Below, piece by piece: positions 29,310-40,263 of a DNA stretch of 64,000 nt. Under the pieces are notes generated by a model that had not been told where the DNA came from, made no database searches, and saw only the letters and a program-made list of their open reading frames with translations. Location of the stretch: positions 1,408,001-1,472,000 of the forward strand of contig OZ242376.1 of assembly GCA_965209085.1 (NCBI GenBank). Direction: 5' to 3'. The position numbers and the translations under genes are program-made. Each line of letters opens with the position of its first letter. Positions within the stretch are counted from its first letter, which is position 1. The DNA is from Nitrosopumilaceae archaeon. GTDB taxonomy: Archaea > Thermoproteota > Nitrososphaeria > Nitrososphaerales > Nitrosopumilaceae.

Positions 29310-29840
29310 TTACGTGTGGGCAAATTTCAAAAGCATTTCACGTCCCTCATCTGTCTCTTCTGGATGAAACTGGGTGCCAAACATGTTTTTTCCGCCAACG
29401 CGTACAAATTCGTTTTTACAGGCATCCGATCCTCCAAGGCATTCAAGTTTGGATCCCAAATTTGCAATCTCATACCTGTGGCTTTCAAATACATGCCGTA
29501 TTCCCGCTTTGCACAGAGGGTTTTCTTCAAATATAACAGTCTCTTTTCCCCTGCGCGGTTCAGACATGCTGCGTAAAGTTCCGCCAAGAGTCAGGGCCAG
29601 CATTTCTGCACCGTAGCATATTCCAAAAAGTGGTTTGTCATGAGAATATGCATGTCTTATCACCGCAGAATTTACAATGTTTGTTTTTTTGTTGTTGGTT
29701 TTTCTACCAGAGAGTATAAACGAATCATGTTTTTGTATATTCCATTTCAAATTATCCGGAGTCAGTCTTGCATCCAAAAGATTGCCAAGACACTGCTCTA
29801 TATGGCCGGTAAAAGCGGATCCGTTGTCAACTAGCAGCAC
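29310..29840 (-). CDS. Stand-alone class I glutamine amidotransferase
   Basis: VDNGS, FGICYGAE, GTQFHPE catalytic triad. Confidence 0.9.
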   Translation of the reverse strand: MLLVDNGSAFTGHIEQCLGNLLDARLTPDNLKWNIQKHDSFILSGRKTNNKKTNIVNSAVIRHAYSHDKPLFGICYGAEMLALTLGGTLRSMSEPRRGKETVIFEENPLCKAGIRHVFESHRYEIANLGSKLECLGGSDACKNEFVRVGGKNMFGTQFHPEETDEGREMLLKFAHT

Positions 29841-29841
29841 A

Positions 29842-32682
29842 TTACTTTCCTACTTCGACGGCTATATAGTGCATTTCCAATACGCTATCACGTGTAAGTA
29901 TGGTTCCAAAGTTGAGTACATCCTCAGTTTCCCACAGGAATATCCTAGAGGCACGCGGTTTTACATAATCGGATATGAATTCGTTTACCAGATCTTCTGT
30001 ATCATCTCTTTGTATATCCGTATAAAAGAACGCCTCTGCTTGTACAAATGTTACAGGTATCTGAAGTGACGCCGGTTCTACAATCTCCAATTCAGATTCT
30101 GTAAACAGTGAACGAACTATACTCACTCTATCATCCCTGCTCAGTGCCATATCTTTAGCATTCAACGATGTGGTTGGAGCCACGCCGGAAAGTTTTTCCA
30201 AATATGCCTCAAATGCTTCCTCTTGCGTATCTCCAAGACCCACGTGGTATTCGCCTGTAAATGCAGCTCCAACTGCGGCAATAGTTCCCAGCTGTGCAAC
30301 CACTCCGCCTGCACCTGCAGTATATACTGGGATAAAGTACGTATCATGTTCCCCTACCCGGTACAATATGTTATCACCTATACGCGGATTGCGCAAAAGT
30401 GTCTTTAGCTGTGCAAAGTCCGGATCCCTGTCAAGTGCCTCACGCACGGCGGTTGGACCGATTAATTTTGTAGTAGAATTTAATGGAATTTCATAAAACT
30501 GCATTTTGCCCAGATTTGGCATGTCGTTTTGAACGATCATAAATCCTGCAAGATTACGTCCCTGCGAGCCGCGCAATTCCAAGGATAACAGTCCAAGAAA
30601 TTCCGTCTGGTTGAATCCGGGGGGTTTTGCCTCTATGTAGTATGTGTCAAGACCTGCAGGAATTTCGTAAAATTCGTTTGCTTGGATGTATTTTTCAATG
30701 TCCGTTACGTGGTAAAAATTGTACATGCTTGTTTTCCAATTGAACAATTCTGCAGGATATCTTGCCTGTGTTGCAAGCCAATCGGGCATTGGTTCAAATT
30801 TATCCCCGTACTGGCTTTCAAACATTTTTGTGAAAAAATCATCTCCCACTTTTAAGAGTCGGATATCGCCATCATACGTGTCAATTAACGCATATCCAAC
30901 CAGGCGTATGTAGAAATTTTCAGACGACCACGGAACGTTGTCAGCTTTGATTCCGAATATGAGCGGCATTAGCCAATAGGTTTTTTCCCCGTCAGTTACT
31001 GGATACGAATCAATGTCCTTGCCAAAGAAATTGTACACAAAGTACGGGTATAGTTGCGACATTCTGTCGTTGATGTCCTTGTATCGCATCAAATGTACCG
31101 GTTCGCTGGGAAACGAGAGCACAAAGTTGGGCTCAAATATCCAGCTTAATGGAGGCGATAAGGTTATGCCCCCAAGTCCTTCGTAAAATACGCCGTTTAA
31201 TTCCGCGCTCTCCACCCTATTCTCAGGATATGTCGACCATGTTTCTTCCAACAGTCCTCCCTCTCCGTAGTAAATCGTGCGCTGATCAAAGAATGTTGCA
31301 CTGTCAATAATCTGACCTTTTGTCGCATCAAGTGTCAAAAATCCGTTTGGGACGTGCGTATACACCAAATGTTCATTGTACCATCTGTTTCCAATGTCAA
31401 CTGACGGCGGGAGAACCGGCTTCATGGATGCAGTCCAGTACAGCGTGTTGTTAAAGCGAAGTATGTCATTGTCCTCAAAATCAACGTATGGAATCAGCCC
31501 AATTTCCGGTTTTAGTTTTGCAAATGCTGCCTCCCAGTCCCATACGCGTATGACGTCAAGTACGTCAGAGTTTTCAGCAACATATCCAGGTATGTTGTTT
31601 GGCTGTACTGAGACCAAATCCACATTGTGTGTGTTTAGCTGTATCTTGTCTAGCTCTGCAAGATGTCTGTTTACTCCAATCTGCTGTGCAGTGTATGGGC
31701 CAAGGTATTCTATTTTTTTTGCATCTGCAATTCCATCGTTTACCGCCATTATTCCTCCCATGGATATTCCAATGGCGGCGATAACTATGATGCGTAATAA
31801 AACATCTTTTGGCATCATGTGTGTCAGCACTTTTGAACGTACGCGATCCATTGCTGCAAATACAATTAATGCTGATCCGGTAACAAGAAAGCCGGCTATC
31901 GTATATCTTGTATTATAATCAATGTCACTTGTAAAAAACAGGTTAAACCCAGACCATATTATTCCGATGCCCACTACTGCTTCCATAACGGACACATATC
32001 GGCGGTAGTTTGGTTTTGATTCCCCGTGTACGTACGAAGTGATAATTCCCAGTATGTGGTGCAATCCAAGATACAGCAACAATCGCAGGCCAATTGCTCC
32101 AAGTACAGGAGGTATAAGCAAAAGTAATGCAGGTATCATTGGGATTACAATGTCCGCGCCGTACGAAGTATCAGTCGGCGGAGTTACAAACGGAAGCATA
32201 AACAGTTTGGCAATATTTTCTAACCCAAGATAGTCTCCGTTGATGAATTCCATGGCGGCAAATCCAAATAGTACGTTTGTGAAAAATGCTCCAAACAGCA
32301 GAATTTTTGTAATCTGCCACACCACAAACGAGATCGTGCCTAGTTTGTATTTTTTATAATCTTGGAGGTTTTGTATATTTGGGTTCGGGCCAGATGAGAT
32401 AAACGTGATAAGGGTGCTGACAGCATACCAAAAAATTGAAGAACGGGAGACAATGTTGACGCGAACCAGCGCAATGATTGCAAGTATAACCGCAGATACC
32501 AGCGAGTAAAAGAGCGGTTTTGTAAACTGATCGTCAAACTCACTCACATTCATAAAGAATGAGATTGCGGGCTTGCCCACCACAACGAGTACAAGTATTG
32601 CTATGAATACAATTATACCCAATCGGACGATATTGCCCGCATTTGGAGGCGGTTGTGGTATTTCAGTGGATGCGCTATACAA
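29842..32682 (-). CDS. UPF0182 family membrane protein
   Basis: Multi-TM N-terminus; IRVWD, WYNEHLVYTH, IYYGE, IDTYDG, YPAELF, YHVTD. Confidence 0.88.
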   Translation of the reverse strand: MYSASTEIPQPPPNAGNIVRLGIIVFIAILVLVVVGKPAISFFMNVSEFDDQFTKPLFYSLVSAVILAIIALVRVNIVSRSSIFWYAVSTLITFISSGPNPNIQNLQDYKKYKLGTISFVVWQITKILLFGAFFTNVLFGFAAMEFINGDYLGLENIAKLFMLPFVTPPTDTSYGADIVIPMIPALLLLIPPVLGAIGLRLLLYLGLHHILGIITSYVHGESKPNYRRYVSVMEAVVGIGIIWSGFNLFFTSDIDYNTRYTIAGFLVTGSALIVFAAMDRVRSKVLTHMMPKDVLLRIIVIAAIGISMGGIMAVNDGIADAKKIEYLGPYTAQQIGVNRHLAELDKIQLNTHNVDLVSVQPNNIPGYVAENSDVLDVIRVWDWEAAFAKLKPEIGLIPYVDFEDNDILRFNNTLYWTASMKPVLPPSVDIGNRWYNEHLVYTHVPNGFLTLDATKGQIIDSATFFDQRTIYYGEGGLLEETWSTYPENRVESAELNGVFYEGLGGITLSPPLSWIFEPNFVLSFPSEPVHLMRYKDINDRMSQLYPYFVYNFFGKDIDSYPVTDGEKTYWLMPLIFGIKADNVPWSSENFYIRLVGYALIDTYDGDIRLLKVGDDFFTKMFESQYGDKFEPMPDWLATQARYPAELFNWKTSMYNFYHVTDIEKYIQANEFYEIPAGLDTYYIEAKPPGFNQTEFLGLLSLELRGSQGRNLAGFMIVQNDMPNLGKMQFYEIPLNSTTKLIGPTAVREALDRDPDFAQLKTLLRNPRIGDNILYRVGEHDTYFIPVYTAGAGGVVAQLGTIAAVGAAFTGEYHVGLGDTQEEAFEAYLEKLSGVAPTTSLNAKDMALSRDDRVSIVRSLFTESELEIVEPASLQIPVTFVQAEAFFYTDIQRDDTEDLVNEFISDYVKPRASRIFLWETEDVLNFGTILTRDSVLEMHYIAVEVGK

Positions 32683-32756
32683 ATCTAATCATATTCTCAA
32701 ACATGGTAATTAATATTTTGCCAATAATTCCGTGTTTTACGGCATAAAACCCCTAT

Positions 32757-33875
32757 TCAGGCCAAGGTATGGGCAGTTCCCTTACAAATCATGTATACGG
32801 CCGCAAATCGCTCTATTTCCAGTTCCGTCTCTTTTGGCCAGGGTCCGTATTTTTTCCCACAAAGGGAGAATTGTATCGGGCATTTTACCCTTATTTTTAC
32901 CGGATCAGAGTCAATGATACACGCATCCCTGTAGGGATCAAATTTTATCAAATCCTTGCACAGTATTTTTGCCATGCCGCTTTTGCCGTTTATGGATCCA
33001 GGCATGCGGAATATTCTATGAATATCGCCAGTTACCTGCGTGTCGATGCACGCTCCAAGAATACTCTGGGCGTTTTTGAGATTATCTGCAAATTTTGTAT
33101 ATTCAGATTCCATGTCAGAGGATCGTTTTGGGGCGTTTTTGCCGAAAAATTTCTTTGCGATGCGTCCGTGCCATCCGGGATCATTGTTAGCTGGAAATTT
33201 TTTCCGGTCCATGGTATGACGTCTTATTCCGTATGTTTCAGGCATTGCATTATAAAATCTGACATAATCTCCCAGTGCTGTCCTAGAGCGAGATTCAAGT
33301 ACGTTGTATGCAGTCTTGGCAGTATGCACATGAAATCCCTCGTTACCTGAAAAATAAGTCTCTATAAGATTTGAGTCTATTCCAAAATCCTCCTGCAGTA
33401 TGTCAATTAGTTTTAAGACTTCTTTTTTTGCAGCATTGATGCATTTTTTGCACGTCAATGAACTGGTCGTATGTTTTGTAGAACCGCATTGCGGACATTC
33501 GGATGTATTATTTGAAACGTTTCCGCACTCTCCGCATATCACACATGTATGTGATGGTCTGCATTCAAGATGAAGATCTTTTGCATCAATATCAAATATC
33601 AAATCCGAACCCTGCCAATCTTTTTTTCTCATTTCCATGTTTGGAAACAGGTAATAGCTGTTCGAACAATATACGTCGGATGGGGAATTTTCCACCAAGA
33701 GCAGCCGCAGTGCGTTCTTATCACGTATGGCAATATGGCGAATCATGCCGCTGGTAAATTTTTTATATCCAAATTCCCTTTTCATAATTTCCGTTGGAAT
33801 TGGAATTTCAGACATGTGTGAGAGATAGTATCTCTTGAATGATTTTTCAAGCAGTTTTACATCAGTATCATTCAT
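32757..33875 (-). CDS. priS: DNA primase small subunit
   Basis: REFG, DLIFDIDAKD, Zn insertion, YFSGNEGFH, DIHRIFRMPGS; start set at MNDTDV (ATGA overlap with priL). Confidence 0.93.
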   Translation of the reverse strand: MNDTDVKLLEKSFKRYYLSHMSEIPIPTEIMKREFGYKKFTSGMIRHIAIRDKNALRLLLVENSPSDVYCSNSYYLFPNMEMRKKDWQGSDLIFDIDAKDLHLECRPSHTCVICGECGNVSNNTSECPQCGSTKHTTSSLTCKKCINAAKKEVLKLIDILQEDFGIDSNLIETYFSGNEGFHVHTAKTAYNVLESRSRTALGDYVRFYNAMPETYGIRRHTMDRKKFPANNDPGWHGRIAKKFFGKNAPKRSSDMESEYTKFADNLKNAQSILGACIDTQVTGDIHRIFRMPGSINGKSGMAKILCKDLIKFDPYRDACIIDSDPVKIRVKCPIQFSLCGKKYGPWPKETELEIERFAAVYMICKGTAHTLA

Positions 33876-34903
33876 GCTATTTTTTTTCGTCCAAAATGCA
33901 GTGGGGTAAATATGCCGTCGCATTTTTCGTTTGCAAAACACATGTCCCAACTCTTGATCTTTTCACATGAAGGGCACGTATATTTTGTCCCGCCCGATGC
34001 TCCGGATAGATTTCGCAGCTGATACATCGTAATACGCTCGTTATAGTCTGGTGCATTTTTAAAAAGCGGGGCAATCTGTTCCACACTCTGTCCGCGGTTT
34101 AACAGAAATGTACCAAGCATAAATCTGCCCGAATGCGGAAGATTTTCCCCTTTTTCAAGAATCTCAATTGCATGTTTTATGCACGGCGGATGCTCTCCGC
34201 TTACCTGTACGGTTTCACTTACAAATTTTTTGGCAATTTCTGTCAATTCTGCAACCGGTGCTTCAAAACCGGCATGCATTGCGGGCATTTTTGCAGAACG
34301 TATTTTTTCCTGAATGTATGAATCTATTTCCATGCGCAACAACCGGACAGATTCGTGGCGCGTAAGGTACACCTGGCCTTTGGAAACGCGTCTGTTTACC
34401 AGGTTCCATTCACGTTCGTGAAAGTTTGCAGCGCGCACCAAATAATCCTGTACAGGTACCAAAATATCATCATCCGTGTGTCCGATGTTAACCGAAAAGA
34501 GATCCCCGATTAATCGTTTTGCCAGCTCAAATTTATCTGCAGGATGTATTCTCAAATCCACTTCAAGGTTTTTTTCGGCCCGCCTTGCCTCTGCAAGTGC
34601 AAACCGGCGCACCAAAGTCTGCATTCCGCACAGCTTTAAGAGTATGACTGCAACCAAAAACGACAAAGTTTCATGCATGATACGCCTTGGGTCAGGTGCG
34701 ACAGGAAGTGCTTCATACACGCCCCCGTCTGCTGCAGTGCGTATGCGTTTCATTGCCGTGTCTATAAATACGCGCATGTCCGGATCCGTTCCAAGCACCT
34801 CCAACGTAAATCCAAGGTTCCGTATGTATGAGCCAGCATCCTCAACAAACGGATATTTTGCAATTTCCAAAGGACCTAGTTTAAGCATACATGTGTATGC
34901 CAT
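33872..34903 (-). CDS. priL: DNA primase large subunit
   Basis: AKYPF, HPPCI, NLPHSGRF, YTCPSC Fe-S domain. Confidence 0.92.
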   Translation of the reverse strand: MAYTCMLKLGPLEIAKYPFVEDAGSYIRNLGFTLEVLGTDPDMRVFIDTAMKRIRTAADGGVYEALPVAPDPRRIMHETLSFLVAVILLKLCGMQTLVRRFALAEARRAEKNLEVDLRIHPADKFELAKRLIGDLFSVNIGHTDDDILVPVQDYLVRAANFHEREWNLVNRRVSKGQVYLTRHESVRLLRMEIDSYIQEKIRSAKMPAMHAGFEAPVAELTEIAKKFVSETVQVSGEHPPCIKHAIEILEKGENLPHSGRFMLGTFLLNRGQSVEQIAPLFKNAPDYNERITMYQLRNLSGASGGTKYTCPSCEKIKSWDMCFANEKCDGIFTPLHFGRKKIA

Positions 34904-34926
34904 ATCCGCCTTAAAAATAAATTTCC

Positions 34927-35271
34927 CTATGCCGTAGTCAAAAGCAATATGGCGCGGGCAATATCGCCGTCGGATTCTGTCAGGGCATTTATTGCCTTTT
35001 CCTTGTCGACGCTAGATTGCTGACAGACAAGATCAATGTCCTCATCGGAGAATATTGGAACGTCTAGCTCTTTTTCCTCGTAACCGTCCGAAGTGATTGT
35101 AAAGATTGACTTGTCTTTTGATTTCATCTCTGTTACTTCTGGTTTTGATAGGATAATCTCTTTTTTGTCTGTTCTAATCAGCACTTCACGCACATTTGGC
35201 ATATCTTGCATATCAAGACCCATTTTGTCCATCATGCGCCGCATATTGCGGTTGCCTCCGCGCATCATCAT
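34927..35271 (-). CDS. nac: Nascent polypeptide-associated complex protein
   Basis: MRRMMDKMGL; UBA-like DIDLV..GDIARAIL. Confidence 0.93.
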   Translation of the reverse strand: MMMRGGNRNMRRMMDKMGLDMQDMPNVREVLIRTDKKEIILSKPEVTEMKSKDKSIFTITSDGYEEKELDVPIFSDEDIDLVCQQSSVDKEKAINALTESDGDIARAILLLTTA

Positions 35272-35286
35272 TACAAGTTAACCTGT

Positions 35287-35742
35287 CTATCGTTTTAAGG
35301 TATCCCTCGTGCGCACCGCCATCCCTCTGCTCATGCTTTGAATGGTTTTGCATGAAAGTACAGCTTTGCCTACCGCTATGACTTTGCCTCTGTGTAAAAC
35401 CGGAACATCAGAACCCACTTTGATGTTTTTGCCGCATCTTACCACGTGTGAACAAAAAACGGATTTGCCCTGCTCGACGAATGGCTTTGAATCATCATCC
35501 ACACTTAGACAGAAATTTTCCCGAAAACGTTTATTTTTTACAAGCAGTTGTGCCAAATGAACCGTTACTGCCAGCCCACCGTCGATTCTCAGCGTGCATA
35601 AAAGTTTGCCATCAGATGAGGCAGAACGTATGCGGCCATTTTTTCTTGAAAAAACAAATTCTATTTTTTTTGGAAGCTTGGCGGAGACTCCCAATCCAAA
35701 CAATGCATCCACCGTATTGCGCAGTTTTACAAGATGATCCAA
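35287..35742 (-). CDS. PUA-domain protein (TGT C-terminal-like)
   Basis: SRKNGRIR, PFVEQGKSVF, AVGKA. Confidence 0.85.
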   Translation of the reverse strand: MDHLVKLRNTVDALFGLGVSAKLPKKIEFVFSRKNGRIRSASSDGKLLCTLRIDGGLAVTVHLAQLLVKNKRFRENFCLSVDDDSKPFVEQGKSVFCSHVVRCGKNIKVGSDVPVLHRGKVIAVGKAVLSCKTIQSMSRGMAVRTRDTLKR

Positions 35743-35861
35743 TATTTTTTATGCATTTTATACCGCATATTAGTCAAGCTGGAAAAACATAGCCGGTTTC
35801 AAATTTGCCGCCATGACGTAGAGTAATTTTTAGCGATAGATTAACAAGATACCCCGCATGC

Positions 35862-36335
35862 ATGCAGAACATGTCAGAGTCAGAGCTGTCGGTTAGGCGT
35901 ATAAACGATGGAACCGTGATAGATCACATTGATGAAGGTAAAGGTCTTCAAGTACTTTCTGCCATGGGTATTGACGGCAAAGATGGAGAGCTTGTCACAA
36001 TAGCCTTGAACGTACCAAGCGGAAAATACAGTAAAAAAGACATCATAAAGATAGCGGGTAAATTTCTAAAAAATGACGATACAAACAAGCTTGCAATAAT
36101 AGCGCCAAAAGCGACCATCAATATAATACGAGGATACAAGCTTGTGGAAAAACGCCGCGTTGCGCTGCCAAATGAAATTGAGAGAATTTTTCGGTGTACA
36201 AATCCAGACTGCATAACAAACAGTACGGAAACCATAGATACGGTGATGGATGTTGTTGAAAAACAAGGTCCGATGTTAAAATGCAGATACTGCAGCAGGA
36301 TACTGGACGTAAACAGGCTTGATTATGAACAATAA
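35862..36335 (+). CDS. pyrI: Aspartate carbamoyltransferase regulatory subunit
   Basis: GTVIDHI, KKDIIKI, CTNPDCITN, CRYC. Confidence 0.96.
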   Translation: MQNMSESELSVRRINDGTVIDHIDEGKGLQVLSAMGIDGKDGELVTIALNVPSGKYSKKDIIKIAGKFLKNDDTNKLAIIAPKATINIIRGYKLVEKRRVALPNEIERIFRCTNPDCITNSTETIDTVMDVVEKQGPMLKCRYCSRILDVNRLDYEQ

Positions 36336-36386
36336 TTCCAAATCAGAGCGTGCATCAAATGGCTTTAATGTGGCATATGGGATTGT

Positions 36387-36992
36387 ATGTGCATGTCAGT
36401 AAAGTCTTCGATAAAAGCCATAACACGATCACTTGAATCCGTTCAGGATGATAGAACGTATCTGATAAAACACACACGTGATGCAGTATCCCTGTGCAGT
36501 CAATCCATTATAGCCGTGCACGGTCAGGATTTACCCACAGCAAAGAAAAAAGCTGCAAAAGCTGCAGGTCTTATTAAAAAATACAGGCCAAAAGCTGTTG
36601 GTGTACTATCAAAATATCTTTCCATGCCAGAGCAGGAATATACGGAGGCCATGTCAATAATTGCAATTGCAGAAAAAAAACCCATACCCTCGCATACTGT
36701 GCTTGGAGTTTCAGGCGATTCGTACGTACTAGGACTGTTGGACTGCATAGGAGAAATGAAAAGAATGATGGTGGATATGATCAGATTCGACAAGATAGAT
36801 GATGCTGAAAAGATCTTTAATGCAATGGAGGATCTTTTTGCACAACTTTACCCGTTTGCCTCACTAGACAAGGTAATCAAAGAAGCACGCAGAAAACTTG
36901 ACGTTGACCGCATGATATTGGAAAGCTCCCGTACTGTCATAACAGAGGAGATACGGCGCGCGGAATTTGTCAGGGCACTAAAAGATAGGTAA
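36387..36992 (+). CDS. Translin/Trax-family protein
   Basis: QEYTEA, YVLGLLDCIGE, RRKLD motifs. Confidence 0.85.
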   Translation: MCMSVKSSIKAITRSLESVQDDRTYLIKHTRDAVSLCSQSIIAVHGQDLPTAKKKAAKAAGLIKKYRPKAVGVLSKYLSMPEQEYTEAMSIIAIAEKKPIPSHTVLGVSGDSYVLGLLDCIGEMKRMMVDMIRFDKIDDAEKIFNAMEDLFAQLYPFASLDKVIKEARRKLDVDRMILESSRTVITEEIRRAEFVRALKDR

Positions 36993-36997
36993 TATTA

Positions 36998-37082
36998 TGC
37001 GGGCGATGGGATTCGAACCCACGAACTCCTAAGAGACTAGCCCCTCAAGCTAGCGCCTTTGGCCAGGCTGGGCTACACCCGC
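36998..37082 (-). tRNA. tRNA-Leu(GAG)
   Basis: Reverse complement GCGGGTG...CTAGC-TTGAGGG-GCTAG, long variable arm, GTTCGAATC, CGCCCGCA. Confidence 0.95.
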
Positions 37083-37131
37083 ACGCATATTCCATGCAGG
37101 GTTTTTATAATCCTTGGTCAACATCGCAAAT

Positions 37132-37368
37132 ATGCTTATTCCGATAAGATGTTTTACATGCGGCACTCTCATAGCAGACAAGGATGTAGAATATCAGGAA
37201 AAAATCAAAGCCGGAGAGAACCCAAAAAAAGTGTTGGACGATCTTGGCGTGAAAAGATACTGTTGCAGGCGTATGCTCATGACAAGCGTAAAAACAGTGA
37301 CACAGATTATCCCATTTTACGAGGCAACCTACAAGAGAAGTAAGGAAGTTCAAGCAGAGCTAGAATAA
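37132..37368 (+). CDS. rpoN: RNA polymerase subunit N (Rpo10)
   Basis: IPIRCFTCG...RYCCRRM. Confidence 0.97.
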   Translation: MLIPIRCFTCGTLIADKDVEYQEKIKAGENPKKVLDDLGVKRYCCRRMLMTSVKTVTQIIPFYEATYKRSKEVQAELE

Positions 37369-37369
37369 T

Positions 37370-38602
37370 TTGCCAGATATAACGTCAATTTTTGCCCGTA
37401 CCGTATACAACAGCAGGGGTTCAAAGACTATAGAAACGGACGTTACAGTTCAGGGAGGTTATACGGGCAGAGTCTGCGCCCCGTCAGGAGCAAGCGTGGG
37501 CAAATACGAGGCGGTTGCTTTTCCAAACGGCGGTCCGGAAAAATGCGTGCAGATACTGCATGATAATTCATCAAAATTTTCAGGTGTCGATGCAGCCAGT
37601 GCAGAGAGCGTGTATAAAGCGCTGCGTGTTATTGATTCAACTCCAGGTTATTCCATTATAGGCGGCGCCACAGCGTTTGCAATTTCAATAGCAGCAGCTG
37701 ATGCTGCTGCAAAAGAGCGCAAAGTTCCGCTCTTTGAATTTCTCTCAGGTAAAAGTAAACATTATTTTCCGTATCCACTTGGCAACATACTTGGAGGCGG
37801 AGCGCATGCAGGGCCAGGTACTCCGGACATTCAGGAGATACTTGTGTGCGCCATCGGGGCAAAGACTGTTCGCAATGCAATAGAGACAAATTTTGCTGTG
37901 CACAAGGAGGTTGGAAAATTATTGAAAAAATCCGATGCTTCTTTTACAAACGGCAGGGGTGATGAAGGCGGCTGGGCTCCAAAAATGGACAACCATGCAG
38001 CTTTGGAAATTTCCGCCAAAGCGTGTGAAAATCTCGGATATACGCTTGGCAAAGAAGTTTCGCTTGGCGTTGATTTTGCATCATCCACCCAGTGGAACGG
38101 ATCAAAATACGCGTACGAACGGGCCGGATTTGAAAACGATTCCGGTCAGCAGATAGATTTCGTCTCAGAGATTATAGAAAAATTCAAACTCAAATATGCC
38201 GAAGATGCCGTGCACGAGGAGGCATTTTCGGATATGGCAGAGCTTGTAGCAAAGTTTCCAAACGTCATGATTACCGGAGACGATATTACCGTTACAAACA
38301 GGGAAATCCTAGAAAAGGCAATATCCGCAAATGCCTGTAATGCTGCAATCCTAAAAGTAAATCAAGCCGGTTCCCTGTACGATGCCCTAGAATTTGCAAC
38401 GCTTGCAAAGGAGAGCGGCATATCAATCATAACTTCACACAGATCCGGCGAATCGACGGATTCTCACATATGTCACATCGGTTTAGCCACAGGCTCAAAG
38501 ATGCTCAAAGTCGGCATAGTCGGGGGCGAAAGGATTGCAAAATTGAACGAAATGATTCGCATATCAGAGCATGATTTAATATGCGGTATGGCAGAGTTTT
38601 AA
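37370..38602 (+). CDS. eno: Enolase
   Basis: PSGASVG, GDEGG, LKVNQAG, SHRSGES. Confidence 0.96.
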   Translation: MPDITSIFARTVYNSRGSKTIETDVTVQGGYTGRVCAPSGASVGKYEAVAFPNGGPEKCVQILHDNSSKFSGVDAASAESVYKALRVIDSTPGYSIIGGATAFAISIAAADAAAKERKVPLFEFLSGKSKHYFPYPLGNILGGGAHAGPGTPDIQEILVCAIGAKTVRNAIETNFAVHKEVGKLLKKSDASFTNGRGDEGGWAPKMDNHAALEISAKACENLGYTLGKEVSLGVDFASSTQWNGSKYAYERAGFENDSGQQIDFVSEIIEKFKLKYAEDAVHEEAFSDMAELVAKFPNVMITGDDITVTNREILEKAISANACNAAILKVNQAGSLYDALEFATLAKESGISIITSHRSGESTDSHICHIGLATGSKMLKVGIVGGERIAKLNEMIRISEHDLICGMAEF

Positions 38603-38609
38603 AAATTAC

Positions 38610-39233
38610 ATGGCACAACAAGCTGATTCACAGGACATAAACAAGTTGATTCTTACCACGGGAATACGCGTTGGTACACAGGTTCGTACCAAGTTTATGG
38701 AACAATTCACTGCAAAGACTAGCGATGATGGTCTGTATAGAATAAACCTTGATATGACAATGGCACGTATTACCACAGCGGCCAAATTCATACAGCGCAT
38801 AGGAATTGAAAATCTTATCGTATATTCTGGCAGAGAACATGCAAACACGTCTGTTGAAAAATTCTGCGAGGTTACAGGAGCTACAAAGATGACTGGCAGA
38901 TTTATGCCCGGAACTTTGACAAATCCGTCGTTGCCGTATTATATAGAACCAAAACTTCTCTTTGTCTCTGATCCTCAAGTTGACGTACAGGCCATAACAG
39001 AGGCGACAAACGCCGGAATTCCCGTAATAAGCATTTCAAACACAGACAATATAACATCCAATGTTGATTTGATAATACCTGCAAACAACAGGGGCAGAAA
39101 AGCGCTTGCCACAGCATACTGGCTTTTGGCGCGGCAGATGCTAGTTGAAAGGGGCGATATCGGTCAAAATGACATGATGGAGCTTGGCATCGACGACTTT
39201 GAGACAAAACTTAGTGAAGATGCCACAGAATAG
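38610..39233 (+). CDS. rps2: 30S ribosomal protein uS2
   Basis: GRFMPGTLTNP, IPANNRG. Confidence 0.96.
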   Translation: MAQQADSQDINKLILTTGIRVGTQVRTKFMEQFTAKTSDDGLYRINLDMTMARITTAAKFIQRIGIENLIVYSGREHANTSVEKFCEVTGATKMTGRFMPGTLTNPSLPYYIEPKLLFVSDPQVDVQAITEATNAGIPVISISNTDNITSNVDLIIPANNRGRKALATAYWLLARQMLVERGDIGQNDMMELGIDDFETKLSEDATE

Positions 39234-39275
39234 GGTTAATCGAGTTTTTATACGCGGTTTGGTTTTATTTTACAG

Positions 39276-40220
39276 TTGACGTGTACAGCAGTTGCTCCAG
39301 CAAAGGTCATACTTTTTGGCGAACATTTTGTCGTTCATGGAACCAGTGCCGTGCTTTGTGCAATAGACATGCACATCCAAGTTGCAGCTGCGGTAACAGA
39401 TGAGCCCTTGCTGCATATTGAATCCAAAATAAAATCATGTAAAACCAACATTACAGACGGCGCCGTTCCAGATACACTAGGTCCGCTTGCATACATTGCA
39501 AGAAAAATGTCTGAAAAATCAGGCCGCACCGGCGGCATACACATGAAGATTGATTCGCAGATACCTCATAGAGCCGGACTTGGATCCTCATCGGCATGTT
39601 GCATTGCCGCAACGCGCGCTGTTGTAGGACTTTATCCAGAATGCGTACACGAGGATGTCTTCAAAATTGCCCTGCAAGCTGAGAGAACCGCATTTGCAAA
39701 CGCATCCGGAGCTGACAGTGCGGCAAGTATGCACGGAGGTGTGCTGCGTTTTGATGCCGGATCTGATTTTAAAAGACTGCAATGTGCCACAAATCTGAGC
39801 CTGCTGGTGGCAAATTCTGGAATACAAAGGAGTACAACCCGGATTGTCGCACATGTTGGGGAATTTCGTGCCAAAAATGCTGCAAAATTTGAGAGTTTGT
39901 GCAGAAAAGAATCAGAGCTTGTTGCAAATGCCATACCGGCTCTTAAAGATGGAAATTTGGAAAAAATTGGCGCATATCTAAAGGAAAATCAGTCATATCT
40001 GGATGAGATCGGCATCTCAAATGGGACGCTGAAGGAGATGATTGGTATTGCAGACCGTTATGGGTATGGCTCCAAGATAACAGGTGCCGGTGGCGGAGGA
40101 TGTATCATATCAGTTGTTCCACCAGAGAGGCAAAATACTGCGATAAAGGCGCTCAAAGATGCCGGATACGAATCATATGCTGTAAAAATTGATTATTCTG
40201 GAGTGCGTGTGATAAACTAG
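39276..40220 (+). CDS. mvk: Mevalonate kinase
   Basis: PAKVILFGEHFVV, GLGSSSA, SGAD, KITGAGGGGC. Confidence 0.94.
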   Translation: MTCTAVAPAKVILFGEHFVVHGTSAVLCAIDMHIQVAAAVTDEPLLHIESKIKSCKTNITDGAVPDTLGPLAYIARKMSEKSGRTGGIHMKIDSQIPHRAGLGSSSACCIAATRAVVGLYPECVHEDVFKIALQAERTAFANASGADSAASMHGGVLRFDAGSDFKRLQCATNLSLLVANSGIQRSTTRIVAHVGEFRAKNAAKFESLCRKESELVANAIPALKDGNLEKIGAYLKENQSYLDEIGISNGTLKEMIGIADRYGYGSKITGAGGGGCIISVVPPERQNTAIKALKDAGYESYAVKIDYSGVRVIN

Positions 40221-40263
40221 CAGATGTAGTATTTTTATCTGCCGAGTTTACAGGGGGTTTTAG

